DNA of 64,000 bases from assembly GCA_001791995.1 (NCBI GenBank), contig MGFR01000005.1, forward strand, positions 26,895-90,894, read 5' to 3'. Shown here one piece after another: positions 18,310-27,905 of this stretch. The position numbers and the translations under genes are program-made. Below the pieces are notes generated by a model, which ran no database searches, was not told the origin of the DNA, and saw only the letters and a program-made list of their open reading frames with translations. Origin of the DNA: Candidatus Woesebacteria bacterium RBG_13_46_13. GTDB lineage: Bacteria; Patescibacteriota; Microgenomatia; UBA8517. Every line of letters starts with the position of its first letter. The stretch's first letter is position 1.

Positions 18310-19335
18310 TTATGTTTTGATTTTGATTACTCCCCAAACTTTTTTATTAACAAAATCCTTGTAGTGATAATCCCCGTCTTTCGTAAATATCCTTCCACTT
18401 TCATCATAAAAGACTACCCATTCAGCCGGCACATCGAATTTTGGCCAACCGTGTGTATAGCCATATTCCGTGCTTTCCGTTTCTCCCCATGATAACAATA
18501 CGTAAGATATCCCCTTACTCTTATAATCAATTCCTGGTTCATATTCTTTACCGCTCGTCCCCTCCCTGGGATAAATAAAATATCTTATATAGCCATAGTT
18601 CCCACTTTGCGGCCAAGGAAACCCCTGTGGGGGAATTAATATTTTTGCATCTTCCGGAACATACTTATTCACGAATACAACATAATCATAAAAAATTGGC
18701 GTAACTTTCTTGCGTAGTCTTTCCTCCATAGATATACTCGGGTTTCTTATCATAAACTTAAAGTCGCTCAAAAAATTCTTTAAATTAGTGGAGGTGTTAA
18801 CAAAAAACATTATTATAAGAGCTATAAATATTACAAATGAAATATAATGCAGCTCTTTAAAATAATCATGAATTTCTTCTATTTTCTTACTCCGCCCCAG
18901 TGGCGCAATCAATCTCTGCTCCCTATAACCAACAATTAAAAGCGCCGTGCTTAATCCGAGAGGCCAAATCAATGCATTCGGATGTAGGTGAAAAGTACTA
19001 AATACATAATTTGGGTAAATCAGCAGCTCCATAATTGAGAAAAATAGGTATCCGATAACGCTCAACAAAGAAAGGAGCTTCCCAAAACTGAAAGCCAGAT
19101 AACTGTTTGTATATCGTTCGTTGAAGTTGAGAACTTTGAATAATACAAGAAGAAAAAACACAACGCCATAGACGGGATAGACTGATACGTTTAAATTGGT
19201 CATAAACACACCTGGGTATATTATCGCTTCGGTGATACTCATTAGAAACGCTATTCCCCACACAAAGTAAAAAAGATATTTAATCAGTATTGTTGCAGGT
19301 TTTATGAACGCTTTATTTCGTCTTATTCGTTTCAT
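18310..19335 (-). CDS. Membrane protein of unknown function (paralog of 20601..21569)
   Basis: About 5 TM helices plus a soluble C-terminal domain containing ILIPPQ..PW...GN...RYFIYPR. Confidence 0.65.
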   Translation of the reverse strand: MKRIRRNKAFIKPATILIKYLFYFVWGIAFLMSITEAIIYPGVFMTNLNVSVYPVYGVVFFLLVLFKVLNFNERYTNSYLAFSFGKLLSLLSVIGYLFFSIMELLIYPNYVFSTFHLHPNALIWPLGLSTALLIVGYREQRLIAPLGRSKKIEEIHDYFKELHYISFVIFIALIIMFFVNTSTNLKNFLSDFKFMIRNPSISMEERLRKKVTPIFYDYVVFVNKYVPEDAKILIPPQGFPWPQSGNYGYIRYFIYPREGTSGKEYEPGIDYKSKGISYVLLSWGETESTEYGYTHGWPKFDVPAEWVVFYDESGRIFTKDGDYHYKDFVNKKVWGVIKIKT

Positions 19336-20599
19336 GTCTTGAGTATCTATCTTTAAACAAATAACTAAGAAGTAAATATCCGCTGATGGGAATTAGAAAA
19401 GTTGAACTGCGCACTAGCGAATTTCCCAATTCATCCCACCAGTCGGACTGAAAGGAAACGAAATAAAGACCTGCAAAATATATGAAAATACAACCTGTAA
19501 TAAAAACCTTGAGAAATAGTATCTGGGGAATTCTCATCGATTTCTTTAAATCGACGAGCAGAGACCCGATATATACCAATAATATTATTCCCCATGATTT
19601 CACAAAAAATATAAAGATTTTCAGCATCGTACCCGTAAATGTACCGATTATGGGTTCCGAGACCTTCAAGAAATCTATGGCAATTATTTGGGGACTTTTG
19701 GCCATCTGGTTCACAAAGTAGCTCCAAGATAAAAACTCTATTAACCCGAAAAGCAGGAATCCCCCACTAAAGATAAGGCCTCTCCTTAGTTTTTTGTCGC
19801 TGTAGCAAGCTATGGCATAAGCTACGGCCGCGGAAATCCATAAGGGCTCGAGAAATCTAATCCATTGGGAAGAAATAACGAGACCAACTCCGAATAATAG
19901 TTTCCATGTTTCCTTTGTCTTTAAATAAGACATTAATAGAAAGACCCCCAGTAATATATAAAGAGAATAAGGCAAGTTTGTATATTCTACCAAAGAAGAT
20001 TCAAAAATCGTGTTGTTGGATAAGGTCGCAAATACCAAAACGGTGCTAAGATTTACCCCCAAATCCTCTTTTGTTGCTAAAAATACTACAAGTCCGAAAA
20101 GTAAATAAATTAGCCAGTAAAATAAACCTATGGGCAGAGCCCTAAAAAGTCCTGACCACAAAAAATGAGCTATCGATGTAAAGGGTGGGTACAAACTATA
20201 ATAGTAACCGTTCTGTGTATCATATTTAGATAAAGAATTCATTTCGGAAAACTTAATCCCTTCTTTTAGATACTTCGCCCTGGCATCGTATAAAGCCACG
20301 GCATCCCACCCGAGAGAGGTTTTCTGATAATTTAAATAAAACGACACCGAAACGATAAATAGGGTTATGACAAGAGCTAATATTCCTATTCTTGAGAGCT
20401 TAGTGGTCTCGCTCGGCCTTTTTTGAATTTTTTTCTTAAAGGCAAAGCTTAATATCCCCACCACAAACAGCATTATTAATACTAAAAAGGGGGTTACCGT
20501 AGAGAGATGTTTTAAAATTAACGGCTCAATTTGCAAAAAAATTAGCTTTTCTGCTATCATCACCCCCAGCAAGACTGTTGAGATAATAAATAATCCCAT
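19313..20599 (-). CDS. Polytopic membrane protein, probable GT-C glycosyltransferase (paralog of 16952..18301)
   Basis: GWDAVALYDARAK, LYPPFTS and YTNLPY motifs. ATG 20599 preferred over the TTG at 20611. Confidence 0.65.
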   Translation of the reverse strand: MGLFIISTVLLGVMIAEKLIFLQIEPLILKHLSTVTPFLVLIMLFVVGILSFAFKKKIQKRPSETTKLSRIGILALVITLFIVSVSFYLNYQKTSLGWDAVALYDARAKYLKEGIKFSEMNSLSKYDTQNGYYYSLYPPFTSIAHFLWSGLFRALPIGLFYWLIYLLFGLVVFLATKEDLGVNLSTVLVFATLSNNTIFESSLVEYTNLPYSLYILLGVFLLMSYLKTKETWKLLFGVGLVISSQWIRFLEPLWISAAVAYAIACYSDKKLRRGLIFSGGFLLFGLIEFLSWSYFVNQMAKSPQIIAIDFLKVSEPIIGTFTGTMLKIFIFFVKSWGIILLVYIGSLLVDLKKSMRIPQILFLKVFITGCIFIYFAGLYFVSFQSDWWDELGNSLVRSSTFLIPISGYLLLSYLFKDRYSRHETNKTK

Positions 20600-20600
20600 T

Positions 20601-21569
20601 TTACGGCTCAATATAAAATATTTTTATACCTTTATCCTCTGAAAACAACTTTATTTTAGAGAAAGTAAGTACTTTATTTTCCCCCATGGTCAAGGTTTTA
20701 TCGTGTAAACTAATCCCTGGCCAATACTTTGACCTTAGCGCTTCGTTTACTTCAACAAAGTACACCCTTCCTATTTCATTGAAAGTTTTTTGATCTAATA
20801 CATTTGCGCTGACTAAAATCCTGGGGTAAAGAAAATATCGTACCACGGGAGGATTACCCAATGCCGGCCAGATACTATTGCTTTGCGGGGGCAATACGAT
20901 ATTGGCGTTTTTAGGTGTTTTTATCCTTAGGGCTTCAATGTATTCAAAAAGTTCAAACCTCTGATCATAGTCCTGCGAGGCATAGTTAGAATATCCTGGC
21001 AAGTTAATAAAGGTAAACGCCGAATGCCATCCCAAAATCGTAAGACCTCCGATAATAATAAGGCTATTAAACCAGCCGAGTTTGCCAAAAAGATTTACGG
21101 GAGAGGTATCTGTAGATTTAATTTTTAGTTTCCTGGAAAAATCCGGTGCACAGAAATATAAAAACGATAGGATTAGACCAGCTTCCAATATATTACTTAG
21201 GAGCGGGATTTTTAATCCATATGTTGAATAGAGAAAATTATGATAGTTCTTCGCCTCGAGGTTCATTAGGTACATAATACCGACAAAGGATACAATTGCC
21301 GTTATCCCAACTGCGTGCAATTCAAGCTTGCGCATTTTCTTTCCTCGTGAATATTTCCAAACCCATGCGAGTATAGAAACGGCCAAAAGCAGAAATAAAA
21401 AGATAGAGCTTTTCTCTCCGAGAGAAAGTGCGAATTTTAAAGGCTCGAAAACTTCTTTGACACTAGTAATATAAAGGTATTTTAACGATCCAAAAATGGG
21501 GGTAACAAGAATACTCGCCCAAATAACAAACAAGACCCCAGCTTTCGAAAATATATTAAGTATTCTCAT
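20601..21569 (-). CDS. Membrane protein of unknown function (paralog of 18310..19335)
   Basis: TM helices plus IVLPPQ...W...GN....RYFLYPR. Confidence 0.65.
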   Translation of the reverse strand: MRILNIFSKAGVLFVIWASILVTPIFGSLKYLYITSVKEVFEPLKFALSLGEKSSIFLFLLLAVSILAWVWKYSRGKKMRKLELHAVGITAIVSFVGIMYLMNLEAKNYHNFLYSTYGLKIPLLSNILEAGLILSFLYFCAPDFSRKLKIKSTDTSPVNLFGKLGWFNSLIIIGGLTILGWHSAFTFINLPGYSNYASQDYDQRFELFEYIEALRIKTPKNANIVLPPQSNSIWPALGNPPVVRYFLYPRILVSANVLDQKTFNEIGRVYFVEVNEALRSKYWPGISLHDKTLTMGENKVLTFSKIKLFSEDKGIKIFYIEP

Positions 21570-23203
21570 TTAAATTTCCTTATTTCCCAATATAGAGATA
21601 TCGAATCACCCAAGTATTCGTTGGTATCTATAATCGTCTTGAGGGGGTGCATAGTAAATGATTCTCTAAAAAAAAGCGGATTAATTTGTGGAATTTTATA
21701 GGAAAAGCTTTCTATCAGTTCCATTTTAGATAACTCGTTTTTAGACAACAAAGGAATAACCGCTGTTCTACTAAATAAATATTTGCATCTGTCTTGGTTG
21801 TTTTCTAATACATAGAAGTTCGGGGTTGTGTTGTATAAATAACGAAGGGCTTTCGGGATGCTAAGATATATTTCGGAATTATCCAACATATAACCGGAGT
21901 TAATACAAACCCCCTTACTATTAAATGATTTGATAGCCTCAACCTGCTCTTTTTCAAAATACAGAAAGGATTCAAAAAATCTACTATAGTTAATAGATCT
22001 CGCTAAGTTCAGAGGAAATCCCCTAAAGAAAAGATTACTTAATATTAGTAGTACCACTGCTTGAATTACATATTTTGAATATGGATTTGTAGTTTTGAGT
22101 TTTAAAATCGCTAAAATATTTTCGTATAGTATTTTAAGGAGATATGTTGATACTATCGCGATTGCCCAGATGGCCATCAATTGATATCTGTCCAGGATGT
22201 ACTTCCAAGGAAAAAGTACTACCGTAAAGAAAAATAGGAATGCAATCCAATACCAGAATCGATTATCAAATGAGGTCTTTCTATGTTTTAATAAAACCCA
22301 GTTTAAAAGAATTAGGGGTATGATTAATTTTAAAAACGGCATTGTCGAGTTAGAAATAATATTCATTATTGCCTTCCCGTTATCTATAAAGATTGGCAAG
22401 GACAAAACATAATAAGATGTGTACCCACTTATTTTATCCTGCGTCAAATTCTTGCCGGTATACGACCAAATCATACTCATGCCCCAAAACATGAAGGGAA
22501 TAATAATTAAACCCCAATCCATCTTCCTTATTCTTAACCTAACTCTAAATGCTTCGTAGATAAAGATTGCTGGAATAACGACAAAGGTGTTTTCTTTTAT
22601 AAAAAGAGTAATTATCAATATAACTAAAAGTCCGGCGTAGTAAATCTTTTTCGGTATCTTATATTTGGATATTATTTTTTCTTTTTCAAGAAACAAAAGA
22701 GAGAAAATCCCCAACAAAAAAACGGAATATGGCTCATTCGGTCCCAACCTAATAATGTTTTCTGTAAATGAAAAATTGGTGAAATAAATTAAACTAGCCA
22801 GAACGAGAAATAATCCCCCCATGCCCATCGATATGCACGTTAAAGCCAGTGTGATTACCGACAGGAAGCCAATGCCATAAGCTCTAAATAAATGTTCGGT
22901 GGTAGGATTCTCCCCCAGCCCGGTATGCGTCAGGGCACCGATAACCCACCAGGCAGGTCTTAACCTCCGGCTCCCTATATCAAATACACGACTAAGGGCA
23001 TCATTGCACTCTTTTTTGTAAATACATTTTTTCAGGTATTCAGAGGTTTCAACCTGGTTTGTTATATCATCGATAAGAGAAATACGGTTAAATACCTGAG
23101 GTCGAAGAATAAAATACGAGTACCCAAAATAGAGCAGAGTAATTATTCCCAGAAGCATTGCCCTCCCGAAGGTTGCTTTAATATTTACGGCTTTTTTAGA
23201 CAT
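21566..23203 (-). CDS. Polytopic membrane protein, possible GT-C glycosyltransferase
   Basis: 545 aa; IDD after TM1, RLRP, NEP, IKE and DRY pattern resembling GT-C enzymes. Confidence 0.55.
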   Translation of the reverse strand: MSKKAVNIKATFGRAMLLGIITLLYFGYSYFILRPQVFNRISLIDDITNQVETSEYLKKCIYKKECNDALSRVFDIGSRRLRPAWWVIGALTHTGLGENPTTEHLFRAYGIGFLSVITLALTCISMGMGGLFLVLASLIYFTNFSFTENIIRLGPNEPYSVFLLGIFSLLFLEKEKIISKYKIPKKIYYAGLLVILIITLFIKENTFVVIPAIFIYEAFRVRLRIRKMDWGLIIIPFMFWGMSMIWSYTGKNLTQDKISGYTSYYVLSLPIFIDNGKAIMNIISNSTMPFLKLIIPLILLNWVLLKHRKTSFDNRFWYWIAFLFFFTVVLFPWKYILDRYQLMAIWAIAIVSTYLLKILYENILAILKLKTTNPYSKYVIQAVVLLILSNLFFRGFPLNLARSINYSRFFESFLYFEKEQVEAIKSFNSKGVCINSGYMLDNSEIYLSIPKALRYLYNTTPNFYVLENNQDRCKYLFSRTAVIPLLSKNELSKMELIESFSYKIPQINPLFFRESFTMHPLKTIIDTNEYLGDSISLYWEIRKFK

Positions 23204-24642
23204 AGCTGAACGGATCCTCCGATGTATCTAAAGAGAGGCCATCTTGTAAATCTTGCGGTTATTCTATCAAGAAAAACTAATAATTTATCTGGTAATATCT
23301 CTAACGGAAAAAGATATTCTGACTGCGTAATTTTTATAACTTCTAATCCTGGGAAGTATTTATCAGTTTTTAATGGATTAATACCCCATTCTCCAGGAGA
23401 ATCGCCAACCTTTTTCTTTAGAAAAGGTGTGGATTTTATTAGAAATACAATCGGATTGAGTATGTTAGGTTCGTAAAAGAATACTATTCCGCCAGGTTTG
23501 ATTAATCTTTCAACTTCTTCGTTGGTACGTCTGATGTTAAGGTGATGAAGGACGTAAAAGCCGCAAATTACTTCGACTGACTCTTCTCTCAGTGGGACTT
23601 TATAGGCTGAAGCATTCAAGAAATCTATATTTTTCAGTTTTCTACATTTGAGCCTAGCGCGTACAAGAACCTTCGAAGAGATATCGAGTGCAACAATCTT
23701 TGCCTTGGGAAGCATGGCAGCGATGTGGCGCGTATACTCTCCGGTACCACAACCCAGCTCGAGAATTCGCGAATTTTCTAAATTATTTTGTTTGACAAAC
23801 TTTACAAATTCTCGACATTTTTTTGTTATTTTATATTTGGTGAATTTTTGATCATACCCGTAGGTTTTGTCGTATATATCTGCCCCTGAATCAAAATGTT
23901 CCTTTTCTTCAAGCTCCTGTGAAAGAATTGGTGTAGGCTTTGCGAGGCTGCCCCTTTCATCTCTTTTCCGTAGTGCCCGGGAGAGCTCAAATAAGTCAAT
24001 AAATGTTTGGAGAGACCTGCTTCCAAATCTTGGCGGTCTTTTTTCCGAGATATTAACGGGTAGGTCAACCCTTTTAAAATTTTGTCTTTCACTTTTGAGA
24101 ATAAACTCCGTATCGAATATCCCGCTTGTTGTTGAGCATTTGGGTAAAACTTCATCGATGGCTGTTTTTCTGATTAGTTTAATTCCGTGGGTGTCGGTTC
24201 CCTTAAAACCATAGAAAATCTTCAAATAGTAATTGAACATTAAAGAAACAAGGTGCCTTAAAAATGGCCTCTCGTCTTTTGCACCTTTGGCCAGCTTTGA
24301 ACCGATAATGATATCGTTGCCCTTCATGTCCACATCGACGTAGTCGATAAGTCTAAAATCATAAAAATCGACATTGTAAATAATCACATAGTCCCCTTTT
24401 GCTTCTTTAAGGCCCTTCCTGGATGCATATCCGTAACCAGGCTTGGATTTGAGAATTTTGACTTGGGGAATTCTTCGGATAATTCTGAGGAGGATCTCTT
24501 CGGTTGCATCCTCCGAACCATTGACAACTACAAGGATTTCGAACGAATAACCTCTCTTCTTTATGTATCCTGCTATGTCCTTTACGGTTTTTTCAATCAG
24601 CTCCTGCTCGTTTCTTGCCGGTAAAATTACGGATACTTTCAT
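23185..24642 (-). CDS. Fusion: GT2 (DPM1-like) plus class I SAM methyltransferase
   Basis: N-terminal VILPARNE, PGYG, DTHGIK and FDTE; C-terminal ILELGCGTG, ALDIS, VLHHL and KPGG. Confidence 0.85.
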   Translation of the reverse strand: MKVSVILPARNEQELIEKTVKDIAGYIKKRGYSFEILVVVNGSEDATEEILLRIIRRIPQVKILKSKPGYGYASRKGLKEAKGDYVIIYNVDFYDFRLIDYVDVDMKGNDIIIGSKLAKGAKDERPFLRHLVSLMFNYYLKIFYGFKGTDTHGIKLIRKTAIDEVLPKCSTTSGIFDTEFILKSERQNFKRVDLPVNISEKRPPRFGSRSLQTFIDLFELSRALRKRDERGSLAKPTPILSQELEEKEHFDSGADIYDKTYGYDQKFTKYKITKKCREFVKFVKQNNLENSRILELGCGTGEYTRHIAAMLPKAKIVALDISSKVLVRARLKCRKLKNIDFLNASAYKVPLREESVEVICGFYVLHHLNIRRTNEEVERLIKPGGIVFFYEPNILNPIVFLIKSTPFLKKKVGDSPGEWGINPLKTDKYFPGLEVIKITQSEYLFPLEILPDKLLVFLDRITARFTRWPLFRYIGGSVQLCLKKP

Positions 24643-24643
24643 A

Positions 24644-26125
24644 TCAGTAGCCTAAAAATTGCCTCGCCCAAATGTATACTCCTTCCCCTCCCGGATAACT
24701 CTCTTTGCCGTACCACGCCCGGTATTTACCCGAGAAAAAGGCCTGAAAAAAGTTGTTGTCCGAAAGAGAAGTTTTCACAACGGTTGTCGGAAGCCAAGGT
24801 AGGGTGTTATCCTCTGGCATGTCAAAGAAAACGATGTTGCTAAAGACAGAAAAGTTTTTCTCGTTACTCTTTAGGAATTCGTAGACATTCTTAGAAATTT
24901 CCTCTCCTCGGGTTATCCAGCTTGTCTTTGCGGTTAGGTTAAGAGTGAGAATCGAAAGGGTAAACCAAATGGCAAGAAAAGAGTAAGTTGCGAAGCGCTG
25001 GCGATTAGATAAAAGTAGGCAGGCGATAAGGACTACGATACCGAATTGTGGAACCGTTAGGTAAAAGCTAAATTTATGAATCGGCAAAAACAAAACCGGG
25101 ATAAGTGTGCCGACAAACCACAATCCACAAAAAGCCAGGATTTTCCCCTTTTCTGTTTTGAGTTCCCCATTTTTGTTCGTTATAAACCTAAAAAGAGAAT
25201 AAGCCAAAAGAACTATCTGTGCTCCGAACAAGACAAATATGGGAATAATTTCTTTCGAATAGTGCTTAAACAAACTCGGTAGAAACTTTAGTCCCGGACC
25301 CACAAAATCCACAAGCATCTCCGGAATGTTTAAAGACCAAAGAGAATACCAACCCAGGCTGTTGATTATTCTTTTTGGCTCAAATGCCCAAAGGTAGCTA
25401 TCCCCCTTGGCAAAACCGTAGTGGAAGAACCTCATATAGAGGTACCCCGCCAAAACGGCAAAAAATGGAGCAAGGGAATACAAAATCGTTTTTGTAGCCA
25501 CCTTAGTTAGTTTAGTTAATCTGAAATATAGATAGATAAGCGTCAAAACAAAAGGCAGTGTTACGGCAGGCTCTTTACTGGCCAGGCAAAGGACAAAAAA
25601 GAGAAAAGAAAGAATAAGATTTCGTAAGGACCACCTTTTAAGTAGATAAACAAAAGACAAAACACAGGCAAAAAAGAAAAATCCGTAGATTATCTCTTGT
25701 GTTGCCACAAAATAGAGTTGCCCGAAGTGTGTTGCCGAGACGGCATAAAGAAAAGCAGCGGTTAAGACGACTTGGTTCTTAATTTTTGATTTAAGATCGG
25801 GAAATAACTCCTGGGTCAGGCGGTAGACAAAGTAAATGATTCCGAAAAAGAGAATAAAAAGCACAATGTGCATCGGCAAGGGGTTTAGATTGAAAAGCTT
25901 GGCATCGAGAAAGTAAAATACCTGTGTAGCCATTGGCCGATAATTGGGAAATCCTGTAACCGGAGCTGCTAAATTAAAAAAATTAAGGAAATCTTTCAAA
26001 CTGGTAGCTTTTGAAACTACAAAATGAAAAAAATCGTCGTTGGTGAAAAACACAAAAAGGGAACGGAAATAAAGAACAAAAGAAATTAAAAATGTTGCTA
26101 AAAGAAATTTGTGTTTTTTTACCAT
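24644..26125 (-). CDS. Polytopic membrane protein, probable GT-C glycosyltransferase
   Basis: FFTNDDF, YRP and SKEPAV motifs with many TM helices. Confidence 0.65.
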   Translation of the reverse strand: MVKKHKFLLATFLISFVLYFRSLFVFFTNDDFFHFVVSKATSLKDFLNFFNLAAPVTGFPNYRPMATQVFYFLDAKLFNLNPLPMHIVLFILFFGIIYFVYRLTQELFPDLKSKIKNQVVLTAAFLYAVSATHFGQLYFVATQEIIYGFFFFACVLSFVYLLKRWSLRNLILSFLFFVLCLASKEPAVTLPFVLTLIYLYFRLTKLTKVATKTILYSLAPFFAVLAGYLYMRFFHYGFAKGDSYLWAFEPKRIINSLGWYSLWSLNIPEMLVDFVGPGLKFLPSLFKHYSKEIIPIFVLFGAQIVLLAYSLFRFITNKNGELKTEKGKILAFCGLWFVGTLIPVLFLPIHKFSFYLTVPQFGIVVLIACLLLSNRQRFATYSFLAIWFTLSILTLNLTAKTSWITRGEEISKNVYEFLKSNEKNFSVFSNIVFFDMPEDNTLPWLPTTVVKTSLSDNNFFQAFFSGKYRAWYGKESYPGGEGVYIWARQFLGY

Positions 26126-26904
26126 TAATTTGAATAGACCAAAAGCGTCCTCGCTATGTTGTGCAGGTAATGTAGGGCCAAAATCACCGGATTGTCGGTA
26201 TACTTCTCCACAATTTTATCATCAGCCCTTAGCGTTTCCCTAAAGGCAGTCGAGGAAATATTGTCACCCGACATACGAAAGCCAGAAAGACATTTATTTA
26301 CTCGCTTGGGCATCTGGACCCTGCCCAGTTTCAGCCAAAGATCGTATTCCATAACCGAAGTTTTGGTTCCGCTAAAGGGACCGTATTTGTCGTAAGCCCT
26401 ACGGGATAAGAAAACCGACGGTTGCATCAGATAGTTGACCATCAAAAGCACCCAATAACGGTTCTTGCTTAAAAGAAAATTCTTGTATTCGGAAACCCAG
26501 GAGGAGATGGTCTTTCCTTTGCTATCAATAACCTTTCCTCTACCTGCCAGCCAAAGAGTTTGAGGGTGTTTGACAAAATACTCCCCGACCCTTTTTAGGG
26601 CACCTTCGCAGTAAATATCGTCAGCGTTTAGGTATGCGAGTACCTCCCCCGTTGCCTTTTTCAGACCTTTGTTGATTGCATCGGTCTGGCCGTTATCTCT
26701 CTTCGATTCCCACCTAATTATTTTCGGATATCTCTTCGCATATTTTCCAATGGCTGCTACCGTTGCGTCTGTTGAACCTCCGTCCTGGATTATTACTTCA
26801 AGCCTTGGATACTTCTGGGTGATGATCGACTGGAGGGTCTTGCCTATATACTCCGCTTTATTGTATGAAGGAATTACGATTGAAATTTTGGGGAGATGTT
26901 CCAT
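26125..26904 (-). CDS. Family 2 glycosyltransferase
   Basis: SIVIPSYN, DGGSTD, AINKG, YLNADD and QPSVF motifs. Confidence 0.9.
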   Translation of the reverse strand: MEHLPKISIVIPSYNKAEYIGKTLQSIITQKYPRLEVIIQDGGSTDATVAAIGKYAKRYPKIIRWESKRDNGQTDAINKGLKKATGEVLAYLNADDIYCEGALKRVGEYFVKHPQTLWLAGRGKVIDSKGKTISSWVSEYKNFLLSKNRYWVLLMVNYLMQPSVFLSRRAYDKYGPFSGTKTSVMEYDLWLKLGRVQMPKRVNKCLSGFRMSGDNISSTAFRETLRADDKIVEKYTDNPVILALHYLHNIARTLLVYSN

Positions 26905-26907
26905 TCA

Positions 26908-27246
26908 TTATTTTTTCTTCTTGGTATCCCTTAGAGCCAGTTTTCTGACCAGCTCTTCAAGTTTTTTCTCCGTTCTTTTGGATCTAACGTAGGCAGCCGA
27001 AACCAAAGAGATTACAAGAATAAATCCTCCCAGGACCATAAGGTCAAAAACTCTGGTCACAAAAAACGTTCTGGCATAGGTTCTAAGAATTTCAGGGAAA
27101 GCCACCACAAACATTGCCGCTATCCAGATGATTATCCAGGAAAGGATCTCTGTCCCGTTTAGCTGCCCTTTTTTATAGTGAATCAGGGCAAAATAAATCA
27201 TAACCAGAGAAAATATAATGGCGGTAAGCTGTAACCCTAATATCAT
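26908..27246 (-). CDS. DUF2304-like small membrane protein
   Basis: 112 aa with 3 TM helices and a C-terminal coiled coil (KLEELVRKLAL), directly downstream of a DPM1-like GT2. Confidence 0.75.
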   Translation of the reverse strand: MILGLQLTAIIFSLVMIYFALIHYKKGQLNGTEILSWIIIWIAAMFVVAFPEILRTYARTFFVTRVFDLMVLGGFILVISLVSAAYVRSKRTEKKLEELVRKLALRDTKKKK

Positions 27247-27902
27247 CTTTTTAGCCTCCAGCGGAAAACATCCAAGAGAATACCCAAAGCGTCAAGAATG
27301 GAAACTCCCTTGAACTTGTCATAGTATACGGTAGCCACGGGAACCTCGCAATGCGTAAGCCCGAGCCTCCCGCATTTGACCACAGTTTCGGTTTCTACCC
27401 CATAGCCGGTTGATTCCCAGTCAAGCTTTTGAAATGCTCTTTTGGTTAGTCCCCTATAGCCGCAAATCAAGTCGGACACATAAATGTTAAAAAGGAGATT
27501 AACCAAAATTGAGGCCAGTTTATTTCCCACATAGCGCTCAATGGGCACTCCCATGTTCAAATTTCTCGAGCCGAAAACAATATCGTATTTGCCTGTATTT
27601 AGGGCCCGGATAAATTTAGGCAAATCCTCAATCTTGTGTTGCCCATCCGAATCCAAAAAAACCACAGCCTGGGCTCCCATTGAAAAAGCCGCCTCACAAC
27701 CTGTTTTTAGGGCCGAGCCTTTTCCCAAATTTATTCTGTGTCTAAGAAGAGTAACCTTGAATTTCTTTGCCACCTCGCACGTCTTATCCGTCGAACCGTC
27801 GTCGACAACGACGATAGGCAACTTGGTCTTTACGGCATCCGCCAAAACCGCACCGATTCTCTTGGCTTCGTTGTGTGCAGGAATAACAATAAAAATACGC
27901 AT
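27243..27902 (-). CDS. GT2, polyprenol-phosphate sugar synthase-like (DPM1 family)
   Basis: VIPAHNE, DDGSTD, NLGKG, DSDGQH, GSR, DLICGYR and YGVETE motifs. Confidence 0.88.
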   Translation of the reverse strand: MRIFIVIPAHNEAKRIGAVLADAVKTKLPIVVVDDGSTDKTCEVAKKFKVTLLRHRINLGKGSALKTGCEAAFSMGAQAVVFLDSDGQHKIEDLPKFIRALNTGKYDIVFGSRNLNMGVPIERYVGNKLASILVNLLFNIYVSDLICGYRGLTKRAFQKLDWESTGYGVETETVVKCGRLGLTHCEVPVATVYYDKFKGVSILDALGILLDVFRWRLKR

Positions 27903-27905
27903 TAT

